A stretch of DNA of 64,000 bases from Octopus sinensis. Its lineage: Eukaryota. How positions within the stretch are numbered: position 1 is the first letter of the stretch; each line of letters opens with the position of its first letter. The stretch is from NCBI RefSeq assembly GCF_006345805.1, contig NC_042998.1:12338001-12402000 (forward strand), in the 5' to 3' direction. The notes under the pieces are model-generated. The model made no database searches, was not told where the DNA came from, and saw nothing but the letters and a program-made list of their open reading frames with translations. Position numbers and translations under genes: made by a program. This document shows positions 1-13,934 of the stretch, one piece after another.

Positions 1-393
1 ATTTTTTCAATATTTTTTTATTGTCTTGGTACTTATTAGAATATATATATTTACATCTTAAAAAAAATAAATAATAAATAGTAATAACGAAAAATATATA
101 ACGAAAACGAAAAAAAAATATAATTAACATATCCATATATTTCCATTACTTTGTCAAAATTTTTTTATTTGTGTTACTAAAAAAAAAAAATAATCAGAAT
201 ATGAACAAAAAAAGAAAACAAATACCAAAAGTACTGTTTTATTATTTCTGTACAGTTTGAGGCATATGTTCAGCTAATACACAATAATTAACAGACTTAC
301 TTATACAATAATTAACTGACTTATATTATATTGCCGCAGACATAAGTCGCGAACAGATATGTCGACAGAATTTTTAGAGTTACAATTAAATTA

Positions 394-494
394 ATGGCAT
401 TTTCAATCAGGCTACTTTCACTTATTGTCGTCGTTGTTGTTGAAATTGCTTATCCCCAGGACACTTCTGACAATGCAGACCATATTACTCTCAG
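394..494 (+). CDS. Possible first coding exon of a secreted protein (signal-peptide-like N-terminus)
   Basis: ATG394 gives MAFSIRLLSLIVVVVVEIAYPQDTSDNADHITL (hydrophobic core, then polar). An acceptor-like ttatttctgtacag ends at 257. The only nearby donor is a non-canonical CAG|GC at 494/495, and the ORF otherwise runs into a CA microsatellite. Confidence 0.2.
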
Positions 495-542
495 GCAATA
501 CGCAACTAAAATTGCATTATACACATCACAATTACAAACACA

Positions 543-785
543 CGCACACGCGCGCGCACACATGCACACACACACACACACACGCGCACGTACACACGCA
601 CACACACGCGCACACATATGCATGAACCCACAGGCGCACGAACACACACACATACACATGTATGTATATATATGCATGTTTTAACATATATATACGTGTA
701 TGTATTACATGTATATATAAATGTATATGCATACACACACAAACACACACACACACACATACATACACACACATATATATATATA
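543..785. repeat. Compound (CA)n/(CG)n/(TA)n microsatellite
   Basis: Directly visible dinucleotide repeats. Confidence 0.95.
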
Positions 786-878
786 GGGAGAATTCACAAA
801 AACAAAAAAACAAAAGACGAAGATAGATGGTGTAGAAAACAAACAGATGTATTAGTATAACGCTCGGGAATTGAAAAA

Positions 879-918
879 GTCTTTAATGTTTCGAGCCTAC
901 GCTCTTTCACAGAAATAA
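879..918 (-). ncRNA. Degenerate small hammerhead-like motif (Penelope-type terminal repeat remnant)
   Basis: Minus strand reads TTT-CTGTGAAA-GAGC-gtag-GCTC-GAAAC-ATT-AAAG, the same architecture as 17995-18029 but with a damaged core. Confidence 0.35.
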
Positions 919-2839
919 ACACACAAAGAAAGAAGGAGAGAAACAAGGAGAGGAGAAAATGTGTCTAGTGGCTAAAATCTATCATTATATTATATATAAT
1001 CAGCCGAAATTGCGAGGATAATCTGGTGCTTGACTGAGGAAAGAAAACTTCGAATGACCCGTCCTTGTTGAAACCTAGCTGTCCGGATGTTTTGCGTTCT
1101 CGTCCCATTTTGTATTATATATATATATAATATGTATGTATATATCGTTATACATATATATCGTTATATCGTTATGCATACTGCCGAACATCAGCAAATC
1201 AACAACCGAGATACATATTAAGATAAGTATGTGTGTTAAATCTGTCTTTGATATGTGTTCGAACTCTTGGAGGACATGATCTTGTCTCGTCATATCATAT
1301 GGAAATTTTAACGGAAATATATGGGTTTTCATACAGAAAATGCTGTGTTAAGATTAGAAGAAATTCACAACGTGATCAATAAAATAGGCATAAAACAGGA
1401 TAGACATAAACGCTGAAGACCGTTAGGTGAAATGTGCTTGTAGTTTAGGAGGTAATTCTTGTCAGACTCAGTGTCATGCTGATTCCGTTTGACATTTACG
1501 CTAAAATTACACTTTAACTCAGGGCCTGGTAATTCATTTGCTCGAACAACAGAGTCCTTACTGTTGATCGACGGAGTTCCACTTCGAACGAGTTTCGCAT
1601 AACATACTGGGGAATTTCTTGTTGAGCAATATTCTGTGCGCAGAAATTGTTTTTCTTCCCCAAATATTTTATAATATGTATATATTACATTGTTGCAGTC
1701 TCTCTGTTATTGTTGCATGTACAAAGTTATTGTCTGTGCGGCTAGCGTAATATTCGTATGCGTCGTATGCATTCATTGGATTCTGTATAATAGACGAATC
1801 TCATATAGTCTTACAAAGTCACTGGGTACCCAACCTCACCTACAGTTCTTGGGTCAACACAAAGCAATATTGGAAGAATCCCTCCAAGATAACGCGTTGT
1901 TGGTCCAAATCAGGAACCAGAGAATTAAGGAACAACATACGCTACAGTATACCTCAGTTCTTGAGTTCATATAAACTATACGCTACCAAATATGTTTACT
2001 TGTAAAACCAAATAATATTTTGAAATATACACGTCTAAATAAAATTATATTTAACCAGTAACTTATGTTGCTTTGATGTAAGTGTGCGTGTGTGTGTGTG
2101 TGAGTGAAAGACAGAGAGTCTGTGTGTGCGTGAGTCTATGTTTGTATGCGTATGTTTGTGTGTATGAACCTGTATCTAGGTGTTTATGTAGGTTTATATG
2201 CATAAACACAAAGAAATGTATATGCATACAGACTGCCACAAACATACAACAGAAATATGCGTGTATTTTATGTGCATATGCGCTCTCGTATATGTAGCTG
2301 TGTTTTGATGCGTATGCGTATGTGTGTGCCTGTATGTTTCTAATTTTACTTAAGAGCCAGTTGTGTGTGAATTAGTTTAAGCTAAGCTACAAATTGTCAA
2401 AATGGCCGTTCGCTGGAAATTGCTCGGTAATAACTTACAATGAGTAGACTAAATTTATTTGCCTCATTTGGCACACTGTCTACAATTCCTCACCCGCACA
2501 CACTCACAGCAGTATCTTTCACTTCCCCTGTCAGTGTAAAAGAAAAGCAATAAAGCAACTAACATGTTATTGAGTTCTGTGAGATAGAAGGAAACTATTA
2601 GCTGGCAAAATAAATCAAAACTTTCTAATGACAGCGATTGAAATATTGAAAATGTATGAGAGATAGAGTATTTAAATATTCTGTGAGTAATTCAAAAACA
2701 CTATTAATGGCCCGAGTTAAGTTGCAGCTTGAAATTTGACACGAAAGCGGATATGTAGAGATTAAGGAGGTTAATTTAATTATATAGAGATTTCGTCTCT
2801 TTTTTCCTCTCTCAATATATATACATACACTCACAACCA

Positions 2840-2879
2840 GTCAGGCTTTATATATGTGAGTGTCTATGCATATGCATGC

Positions 2880-2910
<31 letters not shown>

Positions 2911-3182
2911 TATGTATATGTATATATGTATGTATATATGTATGTATATATATATATATACATATATATGTATATGTATATATATGTATACTTATGTGTG
3001 TGTATGCATATATATATATGTGTGTGTGTATTTACGTATGTGTTCTTGTGTGAAAATGCTTGTTTCCCTGAGTCTGAGTCAATATCTGTGTATGTGTGAG
3101 TTTGTGAATAAATTTATGAGTCTTTCTATTCCTCTTTCCTTTTCTATTTTCTTTCATTCATTCATTCATTCTCTCTTTCGAC

Positions 3183-3230
<48 letters not shown>

Positions 3231-3314
3231 TATAAACCGTGACAGACTAAGATTGAAAATGAGAAAGTTTACAAAATAATATATATCTATAGGTTTATAA
3301 TATCTATATGTGTA

Positions 3315-3366
<52 letters not shown>

Positions 3367-3780
3367 ATGTATGTATGTATGTATGTATAAATAGCATACA
3401 CGTACAGATATGTGCCTATCCTCTTATAAACCTATGAATGCGCAAGTATATGTGTGTAAATAATTATTTACGCAAAAATCTAACCATAAGAAATAATATT
3501 CATTTGTGTCTCATTTGTTACTTCAACAGCACAGCCATTTTCCAAGTTAGGCATATTCGCGCCATATACATTGATATATAAGTATATGTATGAGTTTGTT
3601 TATGTAGATCTTTAACATGTATATATATATATATATTATATATATATATATATATGTGTATGTGTGTGTGTGTGTGTGTGTATGTGTGTGAGTGCTCACT
3701 CGTTTGAGTGTGCGTGTGTGTGTTCACATGTATTATATATATATATACATACACACACAGGCACACGCATATATATATAT
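2840..3780. repeat. Compound TA/TG/CA/TATG microsatellite region
   Basis: Directly visible; explains the YI/CV/TH-type ORFs. Confidence 0.9.
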
Positions 3781-4236
3781 ATATAAATTTTTTTTTTTCA
3801 TATATGTATGTATATATGTATGTATGTATATATTTCGAACACACGAAACTCTAGGACATTGAGTCACTCTGTTCCGCTAAATATTAATAAAAGTATACAC
3901 ATACTCATACTTTGACTTCTATTATTCATAAATAATTCAGCACTGAATCTATTCCGGTTTAATATTTATCAGTTATATATATGGATAAAATCTATTTAAG
4001 ATTTTATCATGTAGTCAGCGTGTAAAACCAATTAAGGTAAAAAAATCAATAATAGGTATATTTAAGAAAAATACATTATTACATTAAGGGCTGTTACTCT
4101 TAGTAAAGCAACGTGCTGGAATGGGACGCTAAAGTCAGATACCTTTATCAAAAATATACACACGCGTTGAAGTCGGGCAAATGAACAAAGGAAAATATTC
4201 TTCTAAAATGTTCCAGCTGCATATTGCGTGTGCATA

Positions 4237-4751
4237 TCTATATATATAAAACTGTAGTTGTGTGAGTGTCTGTCCCCTTCGATTTAGATTCCTAACTACT
4301 CCCACATTTTGCGGTGCAGTTTAACCAAATTCGGGTATCTTATAGTCGTAATTCATATCGAGCCCGTCTGGCTATTAGCGCGCATCTACGATGAGTCTAC
4401 GATTTAAAAAATAATTTAACATAATTTTTTATTCCATTTTAATGCATAATTTTTCGTGTGTCGATGGCGGCGGAGTTGGCGTCGATGGTCACACCTGCAC
4501 CTGTGTTTGCTTCTCCCCCTTCTTCACTCCCTCGTGAAGCTGTGGGGAAGGGAGTGTAAGGAAATCAACGTCGTAAAGCGTTGTCAAGGAGACCAGCGTT
4601 CTTTTAGAACAACGACTTCATGGCTTGAAGAAACCAAAACAGAAATGGCTAAGAAAGCCCGAATTGGCATCTATAAGGGAAGTAACTCTCTAAAAATGCT
4701 TATATAGTTATTTCCCTTACAAACCCGAGCAACGCCGGGCGATACTGCTAG
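4237..4751 (+). mobile_element. Non-autonomous Helitron-like element
   Basis: 5' TCTATATATATAAAA after an A; 3' hairpin CCCG-agcaacgc-CGGG (4724-4739) then CTAG followed by T. Termini match the element at 30273-30664. Confidence 0.75.
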
Positions 4752-5053
4752 TTTTTGATAAAGTAGTTCCTAGCAATTGCCCTAGAATGATTACTGAATT
4801 TGCTAATAGACTTAAGATTGGTCGATTGTTTGTGGTATGGGAAGTACGAATTAGTGCGTAAGTTAAGTGTAATATCTAAAAAGTTGGCCTTCGTTACATC
4901 ATCATCAAAAACAATGCTTAAGCCCATTCTACGGAAAAAAAAACTTAAACTATTCTTAACTTTTTGTACTTTTTGCTCAGAAACATTTCGAGGGTAAAGT
5001 AAGCAATCATCACGATATAGACCTCCATTTATCTTTGGGATCTGTTCTGCCAT
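4752..5053 (-). mobile_element. Penelope-like element RT fragment
   Basis: ORF 4748-5053 contains GGLYRDDCL, ANFLDITLNL and SNH motifs typical of PLE reverse transcriptases. Confidence 0.75.
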
Positions 5054-5254
5054 TTCAACAATTATATATATATACAGACTAAATCAGCTCTCTCACATAC
5101 TCTCTCTCTCTCCCTCTCTCTCTTCACCACCGCCCTCAGCGTCTCTATTCTTAGAATTACTCTCACCCCAGCACGAGAAAGTGTCATTAAATAGTATGAG
5201 AGGGAGTCAAAATGTGGGACACTGACACACAGAATTTAGTTTTCGCATTTATTG

Positions 5255-5290
<36 letters not shown>

Positions 5291-5292
<2 letters not shown>

Positions 5293-5506
5293 CTCATTAC
5301 TCTTTATTCTTTTACTTGTTTCGGTCATTTGACTGCGGCCATGCTGGAGCACCGCCTTTAGTCGAGCAAATCGAACCGGGACTTATTCTTTGTAAGCCCA
5401 GTACTTATTCTATCGGTCTCTTTTGCCGAACCGCTAAGTGACGGGGGCGTAAACACAGCAGCATCGGTTGTCAAGCAATGCTAGGGGAACAAACACAGAC
5501 ACACAA

Positions 5507-5541
<35 letters not shown>

Positions 5542-5712
5542 CATATATACGACAGGCTTCTTTCAGTTTCCGTCTGCCAAATCCACTCACAAGGCATTGG
5601 TCGGCCCGGGGCTATAGCAGAAGACACTTGCCCAAGATGCCACGCAGTGGGACTGAACCCGGAACCATGTGGTTGGTTAGCAAGCTACTTACCACACAGC
5701 CACTCCTGCGCC
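5291..5712 (-). mobile_element. tRNA-derived SINE family B (bipartite, internal CA/TA microsatellite)
   Basis: Head GGCGCAGGAGTGGCTGTGTGGTAAG...GGTTCAGTCCC, then CCTTGGGCAAGTG-like body, and tail GCGGTGCTCCAGCATGGCCGCAGTC...GTAAAAGA. At least five copies in the window. Confidence 0.9.
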
Positions 5713-5857
<145 letters not shown>

Positions 5858-5929
5858 AATTTTACACTGGTATATAGAATTTAAAATTTTAGACTTACTT
5901 GACATAAACTTGATTCTGTTGTAATTGAC

Positions 5930-6480
5930 TTTAGATACAATAACCGTGTTATTAATATTTCTAGTGGCATGGATAGTATTAGCTAAATTAATGTTAGTAT
6001 TTAGTAAATGTATCCCTATTTAACAGGCTAATATTATGTGAGGAGATAATTTGTAAGAGATTTTGTGTGTTGGAAAAACCAATCCTAACCGCGTGTGAGT
6101 TGATAATAGAGTAATACCTAGAATTCTTTGGAAAATTCCTAGTAATAACTTTATGAAATTGCAAAGGAAAATTAGATTTAATTTTTCTCCCATAAGGAAT
6201 AATTAACCAAATAGTTTTTCTATTAGTTACATTATTCTTAGTATAACTATGAAAGACATAGATTTACCTTTAGAACGAAAAAAAAAGTGTGGGGGGGGAG
6301 GGTTAAATAAGGGTTATCTCCCTTCTTCTGTTTGGTGTTGGCGTATAAATTAAAATTGATACCGTATATATCCTTACAACTTGATTTCATGTCTCCATTA
6401 GTAAAGATAGAATAAGATTGAATGAAATTAATGTTTACGGTCAAGAATGGTCTGCGTAGATACTTCACAAGATTGCTGTT
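5930..6480 (-). mobile_element. Penelope-like element fragment (post-RT linker region), degenerate
   Basis: Minus frame gives RNFPKNSRYYSIINSHAVRIGFSNTQNLLQIISSHN, resembling the PLE FPKxHxxxKIFNxNTVKxSYSCxxNxxxIISSHN segment. Confidence 0.55.
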
Positions 6481-6836
6481 AAAATGACCTCACATGATGT
6501 TTAGAAAAAAACATTATGAATACGAAAATAGGAATTAAAAAACATCATGTGTAAGAAATTAATAAATGCAAATTTTCATTGTAAGCCTATGAACCTTTCA
6601 GCCCCCCGTCGTAAAGTCGATCATATCGACTATTATACTCTACCGGTTATTGAAACAAGAATGACAAAATTGTCATTCATGGAATGGAACCTATAGTGTA
6701 AATAGAGGCTAAGAAATACTACGAGTAAACTACATATTTTACCATTCCGTCATTTCATAAATTATAAGAATTGACACCAAGAAATTATTCAAATATATAT
6801 TTCCATATATATTTGCATAACTCTTTCAAATCGCTC

Positions 6837-6980
<144 letters not shown>

Positions 6981-7193
6981 ACAATGGACGGACGCTAGTC
7001 ATATCGGCTCCAAGTAAGTTGGCCACTTTTACACGTTTAAAACTCCTTGTTGTCAAATATTTTGTTTTAATCGTTGTGCAAATTCATTCACTAAAAAACC
7101 TGAGAATTATTCACGTAGAATTCCGCCCCTGTATGGGCGAAATTACAAAAAAACTTTCAAAACTTTCGTGGGTTTTTTTAGCCATTTTTCATT

Positions 7194-9208
7194 TTGAAAA
7201 TGGCAACTAGAAACCACGTGGCTAGCCCGCCAGTCATGCAGAACGGTAGCAAAACACTATTGCTACCACTAGCTGCTAAACATCGCAGCGTGAACACCGC
7301 TGTCACCACCATCACCACCACCAACAACAACAACAACAAATCTAACGTCGCATTCACCATCGCCGCGACCAAAGACGTTAACTTAGATTTCCCCTCACTC
7401 CCCACACCACTTGTTGATGATAAAGGGACAGAGAAAGGGATTTCAAAAATGAATACAAACGAAAACATGAATGCCAGCACCACCACCATCACCACCAACA
7501 ACAACAACAACGAAATTGGCACAAAGCCGCCTACCAAAGACAACACCGCCAACACCAACACCACTACTACGACGTCAAATGCTACATCCAAGCCTTCTGC
7601 TGCTAATACCGCCAACACCAACACCACTACCATGACTTCAATTAACACTGCCACAATTAACACTTCTACTACTCTACTGCCAAATTCAAAACGAATTTTG
7701 CGGACGTAACAAAACAAAAGAACAATTGTAACATTCACCACACAAGAGATAAACCGCACAAAGGCACTCTTCTCCAAAGAAGGAGACAAATTGCACCTTC
7801 ATATTCCACAACACATCGTGGAAAACACGCAAAAAAAAACAATAATTTATAAAGTAATAACAAAAAAACAAGAAGAACAGAAAATGCACCGCAGGAAAAA
7901 ATCGATAAATGCCTTCGTCCTGTATGGGACTCCAAGGAATATATCAGTTGGGGAAACAAATTTGGTACAGTCCAAGTACGTTTCCTCAACGAAAGTTTAG
8001 CAAAACGTTTTTCCACATTGGAGCTACATTCGGACGACTTGGTAATGATACCAGTCTATTTAAACAAAAGGGTCACGAAAGTCCAAATAAAAAACATACC
8101 ATTTGATGTCGAAACACAATGGGTGGTCTCTGCCATCTGCTTTGAAATGTCAGAGACAATGTCAGAGACAAACATCCTGGAAATCGCGGTTCTAGGAGAG
8201 AAAGACTATGTGGGCAAATCAATCGAATTCCTGCTTCAATTGGATGAAGCAGCAAGAGAGAAGATACCCACCGCTATAGAACTGCCAGGAGGCTACAAAC
8301 TCTATATAGTGGTAGAGGGCAGGCGACCACGCTGCTATTTGTGTGGAAGCGAAACACACTTGAAAAAGACGTGCCCAACCACTGCACACCAAGAGCAACA
8401 ACAACAACACTACCACAACCAAAGCACTCCGGAAAAAAAGCTCTACTACCCACACCACCATCAACACAGAAACGACAAGAGAAGCACACCAAGCTAATCC
8501 GTCATCAACCAAAAACCACTCGACACCTGGAAAAATACCAACACTACCATCAACAGCAAAACCCAAAGGAACAGAAAAACAAGAAAACACACACACAAAC
8601 TGATCCCCCATCCCTTATACCGCACTCAACACACACAAACACTCAACAACCAACAACAACGAAAACAACAACACAACCACTTACACAGACATACATAGAA
8701 GCCCACAACATACCCCTACCCCCTTCTGATTCCTCAGAAATTTCGTCGGAAGACGAACCAGTGAGGAATGGCAAATAGCTACAAAAAGAAGGAAAATAAA
8801 GAGCAGAAACACAACCAAACCAAATGCAAACACGAACAAAGCAGGGGAAATACATCTCCCGAAGACATTTCAAAACCCAACGCAAACAACAGCCACACCA
8901 ACACCACAAAAACATATACAGCAAACATGCTCACAGCCATAGACACCAAAAACACAAATTTGATGGAATACATCCAATCAAAAACAAACATAACAGAAGA
9001 TGACATAAAAACAAACAACCACCCATACACAACACCACCAGACCACATCAAAATAATACACATCTCCAAAAGTCTGCACCACACACTCAAAGGCATTTTC
9101 CCCAGTGCGGTTGGTAAATGCCAAAAATATCTCACAAAGAAACTGTACTGGGATCTTCTCGAGGACAAACCAACGGAGGAGAAGCAAAAACTTTCGAGCA
9201 GTAAGTAA
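7194..9208 (+). pseudogene. LINE ORF1 (gag-like), in several frames
   Basis: N/T-rich low-complexity pieces plus ORF 8018-8497 with the CX2CX4HX4C knuckle CYLCGSETHLKKTC. Confidence 0.75.
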
Positions 9209-9235
9209 CCCTCTGTATTCTAATTCATTAGAACT

Positions 9236-12200
9236 ATGATCAATTTGGTTGTGTAAATGCGCGTGGCTTGGGGTCCCCTTGGAAACAAGGGTACCTCTTA
9301 AATGACATAAAGTCACATAAGTTAGAAATCATAGCCATAAGCGAGACCAGACTCCACAATCCGCGGGCCCTAAAGACCATGTTTGGCGGACAGTTCAACA
9401 TTTATTTTTCTCCCTGTCTGCCGAGAATGGGCGGTAGTGGCACCGCGGTACTTTTTCACAAGAGTCTGGATCTCAATGTAAGGACAATATTCGTAGACCC
9501 GGAGGGTAGACTGGTCGTCCTGGATGTCGACGGCAGCAATGGGTGCGCTTTTCGGCTCGTATCAGTTTACGCACCGCCCTTAACAGGTCGGGCGGATTTC
9601 TTTCACGTCTAGAAGTTTCTCTTGGGAACGTCTCGTCCTTTACTCTTAGTGGGGGATTGGAATGCTACCTTGGACACGCATGTAGACTACGTGGGTAGAG
9701 ATAGGAATAGACGGGGATGCAAATGCCTCAGAGACCTGCTCAGACGCTTTCAACTGTCTGACAGTTTCGACTAGACCACCCGAATGCGCCAACGTGGACA
9801 TGGAGCAACCGCATCGGGTCGTCGAGATCGTATCTAGATAGGATACTGTGTAGGACAGTAGATAGAGATAGCATAGGATGTCCACAATTCCACATAGTCA
9901 GCTACACGGATCACAAACTTGTGACATGTACGCTAGACTTAGGTAAGACACTTAGGCAGGGTCCCGGATACTGGAAACTAAACGCGTCTTTCCCATCGAG
10001 ACAAGTTTTCAGAGACCGGATTAGCACACTAGTAAAGAGGGCTTTGACGGGAGCCATCATCAACAACAAATGGTGGTTTGCCCTCAAGAGAGCAGTAAAA
10101 GCAGAAGCGATTAGGTACAGCAAAGCACTAGCCATAGATAGAAATAGAGTAGAGGGTGAGCTAGTTAAGAAGCTAGAAGAGGCAATTAGAAGCGGCATCG
10201 CATCCGACGTTTTGGCGGCGAGGTTGGCCCTCGACCAACACTTCAACGCCAAACACGAAGGATGTGCTGTCAGAGCTAGGATGCGTGCTCTAAGGAACGA
10301 AGGTGTTGGAGCCGCGAGAGAGGCCCGGGTGGCAGAGGCGCAACAGGGCAACAAAGCCACCATTCGGTCACTGGTAGATGAACAGGGGCGCGAATTGCTC
10401 GAGCCAAGTAAAATGTGTGAGGCCTTTCAGCAGCATTTTGCCCGACTGTTCGGAACGAGTGGAGGGCAAGAACGTAGGGTGGACTTCAGTGCCTACCTAC
10501 ATAGCCTACCACGACTCTCGACAAGAAAGGCAGGGTGCTGCGAAGGTGCCATCACGGCGGCGGAAGTGCGGGAAGCGATGGCAGAATGCTCGAGGGACAA
10601 ATCACCGGGTTTGGATGGTCTACCCTACGAGCTTTACAATTGTATGCCAGACTTGTTTGGAGATCTCTTGGCGGCGGTGTACTGCACTGCTGGCAGCAAA
10701 ACGGGAGCATTCCTGGTTTTGTGAGCCGAGGAGCCGTAACACTGCTGAAGAAAGATCTAAACAAGGGAAATGTAATAGATAACTTTAGGCCCATCACTCT
10801 GCTTAATGCAGACTTGAAAATTTTGGCCAAGGTGCTAGCCAAGAGTTGGCGCTTGTCATCGAGAAACTGGTCGACAAGGCGCAAACATGCGCCGTGCCAG
10901 GCCGGACCATCCATGACAACCTCCATCTGATGCGCTACATCATAGACAGGGTAGTTAACGAACCTGGCATGGGTGGGGCCCTGATCAACTTGGATCAATC
11001 AAAAGCCTTTGATAGGGTAGACCATCGATACTTGGAGGCAGTCCTGAGAGCGGCTGGTTTCGGTCCCGTCTTCCGCGGCTGGATAGCTGCCTTGTACAGA
11101 GGCATCCGTTCGGTAATTCGCGTAAATGGACATCTATCGAGACCTTTCGACATTGCACGTTCGGTCCGTCAGGGATGCCCCCTCTCGGCGCTTCTATACG
11201 TATTGACTCTTGAGCCACTACTGCGGAAGCTGGCGACTCTAAGGGGCATCCCGCGAGAATTGGGATGCGGGACGAGCGTGTCTGCATACGCGGACGACGT
11301 CACCGTCATAGTGTCTAGCCACGAGCACATCGAGCTGGTCGGCGAGACACTGAAAACTACGAAGCGGTGACAGGAGCGAAAATCAACCGGGAAAAGTCAG
11401 TGGGCTTGCGACTAGGCACCTTGGAAGCAAGCCCATGCCGTCCACCAGCGCCTCCGTCGTGGGACGCTGGACCGACGGCCCGGTTGAGTTGCTCGGGGTC
11501 TGGTTTGGTCCGGACCTCCAAGTGGAGAAGAACTGGAACGAGATAACGAGTAGGGTGGTCACTCTCGCCGGCAATGGGCCGAGAGGAAACTGTCCCTAAA
11601 AGGTCGAGCGGAGGTGGCGAACACGTACATCGCGTCCGTCATCTACTACCGCCTGACCGTCGTACCTTGTCCCCGACCCTACCATCACCAAACTACAACG
11701 CATCCTCTTTCGCTTCTGTGTGAAAGGATGCGTCCCGATGGTCAGGCGATCCATTTGCTGTCAACACCCGTTAAAAGGAGGGCTGGGCATGCCGTGGTTG
11801 ATGATGCGCAGACACGCGCTGAGACTGCGACATCTCTGGCTCTATGTAGACGACGGTGAACAGGTGTGGTCGCCGTTTGTGAGGCACGCTTTCCCGCAGC
11901 TCGTCTCCATGACCGAACTGCAGTCGTGGATCAAAAAGAGGCCGAGGAAGGGCGAATGGCACCGCGAGTGTCGCGTTGCTCTCAAGCAACTCTGCCGTCC
12001 TGGTCGACCTTAAGTGACTTCAACACAACCAAAGCATTCTATAGGGGTTTAGTGGAGGGGAGGTACGACGACGAGCTCGGGGCGAACCTGGACGTCGACG
12101 AGGAGTACCTGACCCGCCTGTTCGGGACGACTTTCGGGCCAGGGCCCATGGACAACTTCCAGAGATCCCTGGCCTGGCAGTGCTACCGAGAAGCGCTACC

Positions 12201-12668
12201 CGTTCGGGATAAGCTCTACAGACACGGCTCGAGAAACACGGGGCCGACCTGCCGAGATGCGGTCAGAGCGACGAAAACGTTCTGCACGCACTCGTTCAGT
12301 GTCCAACAATTTCCGACCTGTGGGCTTATGTCGAACAACTGCTGTCACGTGTGGGACGAGTCGGTTTATCAGCTGAGTCTATCGTCAATATTGTCACGCC
12401 TCCTTCCTTCAAACGGGAAGGAAGAGCTATTTTCATCATCCTTGTGGCTATGGCGAAAGAATGTATCTGGTGGACGCGTCTGAAAGGATTGGAGACAAAC
12501 ACTTTCCTCTCTGGTCAATCTCTCATCAACTTCTTCAAGTACCACTTGAAAAGGAAAGTGAGAGTAGAGAGGCAAGTTTTGTCTAGCGAATGTTTTAAAA
12601 AAAGATGGGTGAATGTAGCAAGAATGGCACGTATGAATGACGAAGCCACCTTGAGCATAGTCCTATGA
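9236..12668 (+). pseudogene. LINE ORF2 (APE-RT), frameshifted
   Basis: NARGLG and AISETR (APE); NFRPITLLNADLKILAK, LDQSKAFDRVDH, VRQGCPLS and AYADDV (RT); WQCYREALPV and RCGQSDENVLHALVQC (C-terminus). Confidence 0.9.
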
Positions 12669-12878
12669 ACCCAGAAATCGAAAACAGAGAGTTGCTTATT
12701 TGCAAAAAAAAAAAAAAAAAAAGAAATATAAAATGTGACTTCATTGACCGAGGTTACCGTGGTCTTTTCCGCAGGCTTTTCTTTCCACGGGTAAACCTCA
12801 CCTGTCCTCCCCTTTACACTTCATATTGACATTTCTGTGATAACGATCCCTATTGATCATTTTTTTTTTCCTCTCCCC

Positions 12879-12914
<36 letters not shown>

Positions 12915-13112
12915 CCCTTTTTTTTTCCTCTTTCTCTCCTTTTACGATCCCTTTTGATCGAACCTCCCCCTTCCTTTTTTTTTTTTTTTTTTTTTTTTAA
13001 TACCTTCAAAAGAAAAGCTCTACCTTGTAATTTGTTCTATCTGTGTGCAGCCCTGTGTGGCTAATAAAGAAACATACCTATCTATCTATCTATCTCTCTC
13101 TCTCTATCTATC

Positions 13113-13282
13113 CTTTTCTCCCCCCCCTTTTTTAAAATCCTCCCTTTTTTATCCTCTTTTCTTTCCTTTACTATCCCTTTTTATCGAAAACCACCCCTTT
13201 TTTTTATCCACTCCCAAAGAAAAGCTCTACTTGTAATGTGTTCTGTCTGTGTGCAGCCCTGTGTGGCTAATAAAGAAACATA
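13113..13282 (+). mobile_element. Second, 5'-truncated 3' end of a related Tx1-like element
   Basis: Repeats AAGAAAAGCTCTAC...CTGTGTGCAGCCCTGTGTGGCTAATAAAGAAACATA, separated from the first copy by (TATC)/(TC)n. Confidence 0.85.
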
Positions 13283-13306
13283 TCTATCTATCTATCTATC
13301 TATCTA

Positions 13307-13340
<34 letters not shown>

Positions 13341-13425
13341 CTTTTGTTTTTTCTTTCTTTCTTTCTATCTTTCTGTCCCTCTTTCCGTCTCTCTTTCTCT
13401 CTCTCTCTCTCTCTATCTATCTATT
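13283..13425. repeat. (TCTA)n and CT-rich microsatellites
   Basis: Directly visible. Confidence 0.9.
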
Positions 13426-13934
13426 GAATAATTTTCTGACTGATTTTTTTGTCTACGCCTCCGGGCAAAAATATATTGGACTATGGTTAGCAAGTAAAAA
13501 GAAGTACCAATACGACAAAACTCATTAGCTGCACAAATAGGATTTACAAGCAATATACATGCTGTTTACACATAGAACGGCAAAAAGAACAAATCAGATA
13601 ATATATATTAAAAAAAAAATCTCTGCTCAAGCGATGGTTATAGCATTTCTCTCCTTCTTCGTACACATCCCTACATCATCGTCATCTTCATTCTCATCAT
13701 AATGTCAATTATAAATAAATATTATCTTTTTCGCATATACAATCTTTTATGATATTAATAACTAGATATTGGACTGCGATCATGATGAGACGATCCCTGC
13801 AAATGCTTTTAATCGAAAGTAGTTTGGTGGAGATGTTATTGCCTTGGAAGATAGAATGGTAACATCGACATGAACATAAAAGGACGGAAAGAGGCAGAAT
13901 CAATTAGCACGAGGTACTCCTTTCGACGCCTCGA

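Larger units (their letters stand above)
6981..13076 (+). mobile_element. Near-full-length Tx1/L1-clade non-LTR retrotransposon, frameshifted
   Basis: ORF1 with CCHC knuckle; ORF2 with APE endonuclease, RT and C-terminal Cys/His motif; T-rich 3' UTR ending AATAAAGAAACATA; (TATC)n on both sides. Confidence 0.9.

Noticed and set aside
1030-1090. CTGAGGA...GAAAC hammerhead candidate
   Set aside because: No convincing stem I or stem II pairing.
1405-1447. CTGAAGA-CC-gtta-GG-T-GAAA hammerhead candidate
   Set aside because: Stem III and the cleavage site are not formed; at best a heavily decayed remnant.
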